The position numbers and the translations under genes were made by a program. Positions 54,766 to 64,000 of a DNA stretch of 64,000 nt are shown here, piece after piece. The notes under the pieces are model-generated. The model did no database searches. It had not been told where the DNA came from and was given only the letters and a program-made list of their open reading frames with translations. The stretch is from positions 62,001 to 126,000 of the forward strand of contig OZ024766.1 of the NCBI GenBank assembly GCA_964016885.1, given 5' to 3'. Each line of letters begins with the position of its first letter. Within the stretch, counting starts at the first letter, position 1. Origin of the DNA: Eledone cirrhosa (Eukaryota).

Positions 54766-55195
54766 GTTTCTTTTATTTGCCACCAGGGCATCAAAAGTGG
54801 GACAAGTACAATGGGGGGAGTTTACAAAACAAGGCGTCCTCAATAAGGAGGAGGCAATAACAATATATAAAAATAAAATAAAATATAACAAAAAATAAAA
54901 TTTATAACAAAGTCCTCAATAGAGAGGAGGCGCCTTGGGGGGTCGCACACACCCCCGAAAAAAGTGTGCAACCCTTCTCCTCAGGAGCACAGAGAAGGGG
55001 TGCTCCCTTGGTCTTTCATCTTCCTCACCTATAGTCTGATGTAGAGTGAAGGCCCATTCACATGGGCCATTCTCGCCACTTTCACCCATCTTTCATAGAA
55101 ACGGCTGGGGTGCAGCACCTCTCTCTCCATCCTGATCCTTCTTCCGAAATGATATCGGAAGAAACAGACCAGTTGTTGGCCAGAGAGAAAGGTAG
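54766..55195 (-). mobile_element. L1/Tx1-like LINE 3' end in a (GATA)n tract
   Basis: ORF end FFRYHFGRRIRMEREVLHPSRFYERW...*, a 3' UTR with AATAAA, and (GATA)n on both sides. Confidence 0.55.
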
Positions 55196-55212
55196 ATAGA
55201 TAGATAGATAGA

Positions 55213-55401
55213 GAAGGAAATGTGGTAAGGAACCAGATGGACCGTAACACACCAGAGTACTCAATACTTAGGGTAGTAGAGTGGGTAATAGGAAAAGAGT
55301 CAGGACCCCGACGGTAGAGCTCAAGCCATTTCGACGGCTATTTCTGGACGGAAATAGCCGTCGAAACGGCTTGAGCTCTGCCGTCGGGGTCATACTTTTT
55401 C
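55213..55401. mobile_element. Family P element (tail plus palindrome)
   Basis: As 20057-20249. Confidence 0.85.
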
Positions 55402-55440
55402 ATAAATAGATAGACAGATAGATAGAAAGAAAGAGAGAGG

Positions 55441-55499
<59 letters not shown>

Positions 55500-55554
55500 T
55501 TGGGGTGGTGTGTACAAACATGAAGTCCTTCTGCTATAGCAGGAAGTAACATTA

Positions 55555-55572
55555 CGCCACCAGATGGCGCTG
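55555..55572 (+). promoter_or_regulatory. CTCF-like motif
   Basis: CGCCACCAGATGGCGCTG closely matches the CTCF core. An Ets-like CAGGAAGT lies about 15 bp upstream. Confidence 0.45.
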
Positions 55573-55782
55573 TGTTTGACGATTTCTATCGTCTGATTAA
55601 AATACTCCATTCTTAAATTGCCAAATTGTTTTGGCTGCAAAAGTTTTGTTTATGCAAAAAAACAAAACAACAACAAAATAATAAAGAAAATAAGATAAAC
55701 TAAAACAAAAATAATTAATGGCTCTTTACCAGTGTATATATATATATGTGTATATACCCGTCTCACTGGTATATAAACACAC

Positions 55783-55828
<46 letters not shown>

Positions 55829-56020
55829 GTGCATGTGTGTGATTGTGTATATGTCTTTTTCTCGTATATAAACATACACATATATGTACGTATGTATACG
55901 TGTAAATGGTGATATGTATATATATATGTACACACAAGTATATATATATATATATATATATATAGTACGTGTGTGTACATATATATACATATATGCAAAT
56001 ATATATGTTAGTGTCTATGC

Positions 56021-56057
<37 letters not shown>

Positions 56058-56128
56058 AATATGTATATATATATATGTATATATACATATACACATAAAT
56101 ATATGCATACATATATATAGACACACAC

Positions 56129-56178
<50 letters not shown>

Positions 56179-56390
56179 TGATAAGTCTGCATATTATATA
56201 TATTTATATTTGTGTTAAAATAATATTTGGGATTATAACAGCATGTTATGGCGGGGGGAGGGGGGGGGGGGGTATCAACCCGAAATTATTTTGCATAAAA
56301 ACTATATAACTATTATTATACGCAATTAACATATATACACCACACACGTATGTAGAAATATCTGTATTTGTATATATGTGTCTATATATG

Positions 56391-56425
<35 letters not shown>

Positions 56426-57116
56426 GCATATAGATGCACATATATATATATATACAGATATATATATATATATATATACAGATATATATATATATATATA
56501 TATGATGTGTATACGTATGTGTATATACATGCGTGTGTATGCATATATATGTATGTATACATACACGTACATATATATATATATATATGTGTGTATGTGT
56601 GTATGTATGCATATATATATATATATATATATCATATATATATATGTATGATATATATATATATGATATATATAAATATATATATATATACGTGTGTGTC
56701 TATATGTGTATATATGTATATATATATAGATCCGTGTCCACACACACGCAGGGTGGCCCCCCAAAAAGTAACAAAACAAGGAAAGATAATACTACAAATA
56801 CCCCACCAGTCGCCAGGCGCACCATTCGTGCCCCCTCCACCCGGCCACCCCACCAATCGCGCCATCCACCTCCCCACCAGTCCACCCCACCAGTCACCAG
56901 TCGCACCATCCACCACCCCTCTACCTAAACAATTCCTTAACAAAACATTAATACAATCCATGTGGCTGGTAGGTACAATATTTCTTAAAGTTTCTCTGTC
57001 CTATTAATTCTCGGCCAACACGTGCTTTCTACACCCCTCCCCCCATCATTTGCTGTTGTTTTTTTAACCCTAGACTGTCGCTCAAAATAAATCCTCTTTC
57101 CTCCTTCTACTTTTCT

Positions 57117-57154
57117 GTGTTCCGATGAAGAATTACCGTCCGAAACGTTAATAC
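57117..57154 (+). ncRNA. Decayed ultra-minimal hammerhead motif
   Basis: GTGTT-CCGATGA-a..GTCC-GAAA-CG-T-T^-AATAC. The core and stem II are mutated relative to 44126. Confidence 0.55.
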
Positions 57155-57342
57155 TATTTCCCCACATCTTTTTTCTCATGTCGTTGGGCAGTAACTCATT
57201 ATGCTACCTACACTACATGAACAGCGATCTTAGCAGTCTACAGGTAACTCTCAATCTTTTTCTCTGAAACTCTCCAGATCTCTCTCTCTCACTCTCTAGA
57301 TCTCTCTTTCACCTTCGCTCTCTAGCTCGCTCTCTCTCTCTC

Positions 57343-57400
<58 letters not shown>

Positions 57401-57553
57401 TATATATATATCCATATATATATATATACTATTAATGCAATGAAATATCTATGATCTTCGGCAAATCACTGATGAGGGACTTATTTTATTACATGTTACC
57501 CATGTGCTACCTGCAGTATTTCTCTCTCTCTCTCTCTCTCTCCGTCTCTCTCG

Positions 57554-57609
<56 letters not shown>

Positions 57610-57610
57610 C

Positions 57611-57656
<46 letters not shown>

Positions 57657-57895
57657 TTACATTTATATGTCTATATATATATATATAGAGAGAGAGAGAG
57701 CAAGCATCACGAGCGCTCTATCTCAAAATTATTTTTGAAAAGCATAAGAAATGCGCAACCGATAAAAACCTTAAAACTAAAACTGAATACTAATTTATAC
57801 TTATTCCTAATTAAACTATTTTTCACTGGGAACAATTTGTCAGCATTTTCTTTTCCTTTTACTAATATATCACAACTCGTGTCTTACACCTCTAT

Positions 57896-57954
<59 letters not shown>

Positions 57955-58306
57955 ATATACATTTATATGTCTATCTATATATAAATATAAATGAAAATAT
58001 ATAAACTATTATGAGCAAGAAGCCAACAGTATTCCACAACATATAAGTGACTCTAACCTCAAAATGGAAAATAATTAACGTAAAATGTGGGAAATAATTC
58101 AAACTCAATTAAAAAATAAATCAAGAAATAGATTTATCCACAGAATTTTGTGAAATCCAGGGAAAAATCAATGAAGACTTAACTCTGAATAAAATAAAGT
58201 TTAAATACTAATCCTTCAATTTGGAAAAACTACAAATGCTCTGTATAGTCTTGAAAAGACCATTTCACGAAACTTTCACTGGGGGTGGTATAATTTCTAT
58301 TCAAAA

Positions 58307-58381
58307 TCTCTCTGTCTGATGAACGACCTAGACATATATTAATATTGTCTGGCACCCAGAAACCTTTGGTAATGGAGTAGA
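58307..58381 (+). ncRNA. Hammerhead motif with partly decayed stem II
   Basis: TCTCTCTGT-CTGATGA-[..AGACA..TGTCT..]-GAAA-CCtttGG-T-A^-ATGGAGTAGA. The downstream GCTCTGTTA..ATAGAGCACTC is shared with 63079. Confidence 0.6.
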
Positions 58382-58472
58382 TCTATTTTCTGTTGTTCAC
58401 TTTCTAATAAAATAGCTCTGTTATGTATATAGAGCACTCGTTTTTTCCTTTGCTTTTTCTTCGGAATTACCT

Positions 58473-58604
<132 letters not shown>

Positions 58605-58947
58605 ATATATATGTGTATATAAGACTATATATGTAGGTGTGCTAAACACGATACCACTGTTTATCTAGGAAACACTGCTTTTTATGTATAATCTCCCATG
58701 TATATTTACATTCTCACTAGTAGGTGTATATATGTGTATATATATATATATTATATATGTATATATATTATATATATATATTATATATGTATATATATTA
58801 TATATATATATTATATATGTATATATATTATATATGTCTATATATTTATATATTTCGACCATAGCCGAAATACGAATCTCGCTGAAATTATATTTGTATA
58901 TATATAGTATATGTGTGTCTGTGTGTGTGTATATATATGTATACATT

Positions 58948-58980
<33 letters not shown>

Positions 58981-59191
58981 ATGTATATATATGTATAAAT
59001 GTATATATATATGTGTGTGTTTATGTATATGTTTGTATACATGTGTGTGTATGTATATATATGTATACATATATATAATAGGTGTATGTAGTATACATAT
59101 ATATATATATATATGTATGTATCAATGCATGTGTATGTGTATATATATTTATGTATGTATGTATATATATATATATGTATGCTATATATAC

Positions 59192-59222
<31 letters not shown>

Positions 59223-59241
59223 TATTATATATATATATTTA

Positions 59242-59280
<39 letters not shown>

Positions 59281-59390
59281 AATAAACAAGGAGAAGGTTG
59301 CCACAGTCAGCCAAACAAAGCCTGGGGCGAGAGATTGGCTTTGTTATACAAACACTTGTACTGGGGACTGAACACAGCTTTGTTATATAT

Positions 59391-59438
<48 letters not shown>

Positions 59439-60020
59439 GTTTATATATATATATATATATATATACGTTTATATATGTATATATATATATATATACGTTT
59501 ATATATGTATATATATATTATACGTTTATATATATATATATACGTTTATATATGTATTTATATATATATATGTATATATATGGATATATATACATAGTAT
59601 ATACGTATATATATATATGGATATATATACATATATATACGTATATATATATATATATGTATATATATACATATATATACGTATATATATATATATATGT
59701 ATATATATACATATATATACGTATATATATATATATATGTATATATATACATATATATACGTATATATATATATATATGATAATATATACATATTATACG
59801 TATATATATATATGAATATATATACATATATATACGGTATATATATATATGGATATATATACATATATATACGTATATATATATATATGGATATATATAC
59901 ATATATATACGTATATATATATATATGGATATATATACATATATATATACGTATATATATATATGGATATATATACATATATATACGTATATATATATAA
60001 TATATATATATATACGTTTA

Positions 60021-60054
<34 letters not shown>

Positions 60055-60185
60055 CGTTTATATATGTATATATATATATATATATGTACGTTTATATATG
60101 TGTATATATATATGGATATATATACATATATATACGTATGTAATATATATATATATATGGATATATATACATATATATACGTATG

Positions 60186-60219
<34 letters not shown>

Positions 60220-60459
60220 TATATATATATATGTGTGTGTGTGTATATACACGCAATTCTTTCTTATATATATACAACTGAATGGCAATGCTTTGTTATA
60301 TACATAAAAGTTGGTTGACTGTATATTTGCTAAGTTTATCTTATATATACCCCTTTATATACACCCTGGTGTTAAACGGGTATCCAATATTTTTACACCT
60401 CTCTTCAAATATGTAACCTTAGTCATTTCACTCCCCGTCGCCGATTGTTTGACCAACTG

Positions 60460-60606
<147 letters not shown>

Positions 60607-60608
60607 TT

Positions 60609-60643
<35 letters not shown>

Positions 60644-60719
60644 CACATTTATATATATATATGGTAATATATATATATATATATACACACATTTATATAT
60701 AAATATATATATATACACA

Positions 60720-60778
<59 letters not shown>

Positions 60779-60847
60779 TTATATATATATATACACATTT
60801 ACTATATATATATACACATTTATATATAAATATATATATTACACATG

Positions 60848-60885
<38 letters not shown>

Positions 60886-60947
60886 ATTATATATATATAT
60901 ATATATATAATATATATATATATATATACATACACTCACATATATAC

Positions 60948-61240
60948 CCTTTTACTTTTTTACCTGTTCCAGCCATCCGGCTGAGGCCATGCTGGGGCAC
61001 CGCCCTTGTTGCTACACAGTTTATCTCCAGCCTGTATTGATTGGCCACTGGTGTAAGAGGGAGTTCGTTGCTGCTGCCCTTAGGTTACCTTTGCGCCTTG
61101 CTGTGGGCTCATCCGGGTTCCTGGCTAGCAAGGTGTCGAGATGTCCCTTGAAGGCATCCATGTCCACACCATTCAGATCTCTCGGATCCCTCGGCAGCTT
61201 GTTGATTAGTTGAGGACCCTTGAATCATTCATACAAGCCA
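60948..61240 (-). mobile_element. CR1/L2-group LINE 3' fragment
   Basis: Reverse complement FKGPQLINKLPRDPRDLNGVDMDAFKGHLDTLLARNPDEP. Confidence 0.7.
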
Positions 61241-61765
61241 CGCATATATAGACCTACATTTCTTCCTGAGGGGGGCATTTCAGGATGGGGGCCCCTTATA
61301 CACAAAACAATAGAATACACCCCCCTCCCGATGGTGCAAGAAATCTAAAGTTATACATACAGGTATTAAATTAAGACAATAAAACATTCTAACCTCCCTA
61401 AACTAAAAAGCGCCCAATTGAGGGCACAAATAAATTGCTATGTCTGTATTGTGGGTCCCCCCACTGCTGTGGCGCTGGGGGTAAATACCTCCCTTGGCCC
61501 TCCTCTATTATATACGGCGATGGGCCGAGGCGCATTGTTTTCCACACTTCCCGAGAGGACGAAATGCCCCCAAAGACCACAATCGGCCACATTTGCTGGC
61601 TTCGATGATGGTCCCCTTAGACCAGCTTCACTGAGGAATATCCGGCCACTTTCAGTGCACATGACGTCAGTTTTAGCATCTGAAAATACAGTTAAACTAA
61701 TACAGTATAAATCTTTATGTAGACCCCACTGTAATATTTCATGCACCACAAATAAATTGCTATGG

Positions 61766-62116
61766 ACGTCGTTGGTAGAGGCCCCCAGTCGTTGGTGGGG
61801 GCTCCAGTCGTTGGTGGGGGCCCCCAGTCGTTGGTGGGGACCCCCAGTCGTTGGTGGGGGCTCCAGTCGTTGGTGGGGGCTCCAGTCGTTGGTGGGGGCC
61901 CCCAGTCGTTGGTGGGGACCCCCAGTCGTTGGTGGGGGCTCCAGTCGTTGGTGGGGACCCCCAGTCGTTGTGGGGGGCTCCAGTCGTTGGTAGAGGCCCC
62001 AGTCGTTGGTGGGGACCCCCAGTCGTTGGTGGGGGCTCCAGTCGTTGGTGGGGGCCCCAGTCGTTGGTGGGGGCCCCCAGTCGTTGGTGGGGACCCCCAG
62101 TCGTTGGTAGGGGCCT
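61766..62116. repeat. GC-rich minisatellite of about 20 bp (CCAGTCGTTGGTGGGGGCCC)
   Basis: Direct reading. Confidence 0.9.
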
Positions 62117-62329
62117 CCACTGAAGGAACCCAGGACAGTTGCTCCCGTTTGACTCCCCACCCCCATAAAAATCCTGTATGTGAATCAAGACACAATTATC
62201 AACATAACCCCGTTCCTACCATTGGGGATTTCGATTGTTTAATTTGTCTGCTTCAATATTTGTACACGATTGTATGTAAAATCCCCGCCATGTGTCTTTG
62301 AACTGTCCCCTTTTCTTGTGGCAAACAAA

Positions 62330-62440
62330 GAAATATATCAATGTCTTCCTCTTTTCAGCTCGGTCAACTGCTGGCTTAGAGAGTTGTCTCAGGACTCGCA
62401 TGGTTTCTGAACATTTGGAAAACTTGACATTCAGTTTCTG
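62330..62440 (+). mobile_element. Possible decayed hAT transposase C-terminal fragment
   Basis: FS...LESCLRTRMVSEHLENL resembles the hAT dimerisation motif LRSTMxxERLxxL. Confidence 0.3.
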
Positions 62441-62603
62441 TAACCATCCCTGTAAAAATGCTACAGGCCTGAAATTACAAATGGGTGCTCATTAAATGGA
62501 ATGGCGTTGGGAGATTTTCTTCTAACCGGTTCTTGACTGAGAACGACTTATGCTTTGACTTCTGTTGAACACCCGCACGTTGTTTTCAACGGGAGACTCT
62601 TTC

Positions 62604-62715
62604 ATAGGAAAAGAGTCAGGACCCCGACGGCTGAGCTCCGGCTGTTTCGACAGCTAGATCCAGATCTAGCTGTCGAAACGGCCGGAGCTCAGCCGTCGGC
62701 GTCCCTGACTCTTTT

Positions 62716-62720
<5 letters not shown>
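62604..62720. mobile_element. Family P palindrome
   Basis: About 57-bp arms with a 2-nt loop, adjacent to (TA)n. Confidence 0.85.
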
Positions 62721-62756
<36 letters not shown>

Positions 62757-62818
62757 CTCTATATAAATCTACATATACCTCTATATAAATCTTTCTCTCT
62801 CTCTATATATATATATAT

Positions 62819-63133
62819 AGTTATATAATAAACAACATAAGGCAATTATTCCATTTACCAGTTGGTTTCTTAAAAGCAAAAAAATGTTGCTTTCAATCAT
62901 AAGAATGAAAGAATCCTGGTCTATTTATCGATATTGGTTTCTATTTATTGATATTGAATCCAATATCAATAAATAGACCAGGATTCTTTCATTCTGATGA
63001 TTGAAAGCAAATTTTTTTGCTTTAAGAACCACTGGTAAATGGAATAATTGCCTTATGTTGTTTATTATATAACTATTAAGCTCTGTTACCTACATAGAGC
63101 ACTCTTTTTTCTGGACTTTTCCGACGGAATTAC

Positions 63134-63137
<4 letters not shown>
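62819..63137. mobile_element. Fold-back PLE-type repeat with hammerhead arms and 3' tail
   Basis: Arms 62819-62938 and 62960-63073. The + arm reads TTTCATT-CTGATGA-stem II-GAA-CCACTGG-TA^-AATGGAA. The - arm has CTTATGA and GAAA. Confidence 0.8.
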
Positions 63138-63212
<75 letters not shown>

Positions 63213-63320
63213 ACTTAATATATCTACCAACATATGCGTACAGATGTACACTAATGCTAGCAAATACATAAGTTATGTCATAGTACCTAGGTGTTCAATG
63301 CAGGAGAATGCAGAACAATT

Positions 63321-63521
63321 ATATGAGAGACGTAAAATAGGAAATTAAAAAAAAAATTAAAAATTAACTTACTAAAATTTTCACTCCAACTAATTAGTTT
63401 CTGTAATGGTTATATTACGTAACTATCTTTATCCCATTACAGAAATTAATTAGTTGGAGTGAACATTTTAGTAAGTTAATTTTAATTTTTTTTTAAATTT
63501 TCTTATTTTACGTCTCTCATA

Positions 63522-63522
<1 letters not shown>
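63321..63522. mobile_element. Fold-back repeat carrying a hammerhead 3' half
   Basis: About 88-bp arms, each reading outward CCATTACA-GAAA-(C/T)TAATTAG-T-T. Confidence 0.7.
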
Positions 63523-63552
<30 letters not shown>

Positions 63553-63876
63553 GTAATAATAATAAATTTGAAGACTAAAATCCAAAGAGGGCTCGATAAG
63601 GATAAATATATATATAAACTTTAATCTGTTATTTTAATAAATATATATATATATATATATAGTAGAATAATCGAGTATCGAAAAATCGGCGCACGAGTTC
63701 ACGATAAACAAAATTCGACATGAGTAGCAGAGGCTCAATAATTCAGATAAATCAGAGCTATAACTATCGTTAAAATACCAACACACAAAGATTATGCCTA
63801 AAATCACCCATACGACCGAAAAATTACGATCAGGAACATTCGGGTCACTCAGATATATATATATATATAATATAAC

Positions 63877-64000
63877 TGTTTCTACTTTTGGCACAAGGCC
63901 AGCAATTATCCAGTGTATTACTGGTACTTTATTTTATCGACCCCTTAAGGATGAAAGGCAAAGTTAACCTCGGTGAGTTTTGAACTCAGTCCGTAAAGGG
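63877..64000 (-). mobile_element. SINE family A (runs off the window)
   Basis: Reverse match to the family. Confidence 0.85.

Noticed and set aside
57460-57505. CTGATGAGGGAC...GTTACCC
   Set aside because: No GAAA or cleavage triplet follows.

Overview
Repeat-rich eukaryotic genomic DNA, very probably from an octopod cephalopod, judging from a molluscan hemocyanin-type gene, octopus-like tRNA-SINEs and very dense microsatellites. Bases 1-8466 hold the 3' part of a spliced, multi-functional-unit (FU) hemocyanin-like gene on + with phase-1 linker introns. Its penultimate FU has lost 5 of 6 copper-binding histidines. Its last visible FU keeps a complete type-3 dicopper site but has a remodelled beta-domain. 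A partial exon duplicate with an in-frame stop lies at about 550-841. The rest of the window is mostly micro- and minisatellites, SINEs and fragments of RTE, CR1/L2, R4/Dong, L1/Tx1, Helentron, mariner and hAT elements, plus a tentative small minus-strand gene and a 200-N gap. The unique-looking islands between (TA)n tracts contain about 15 intact or decayed minimal type-I hammerhead ribozyme motifs of Penelope-like-element (PLE) type, from several families. Many sit in long fold-back palindromes, and further palindromes carry only the 3' half of a hammerhead. Nearly all long ORFs in the supplied track are simple-repeat artefacts. All structure and homology calls were made by eye; no search or folding program was run.
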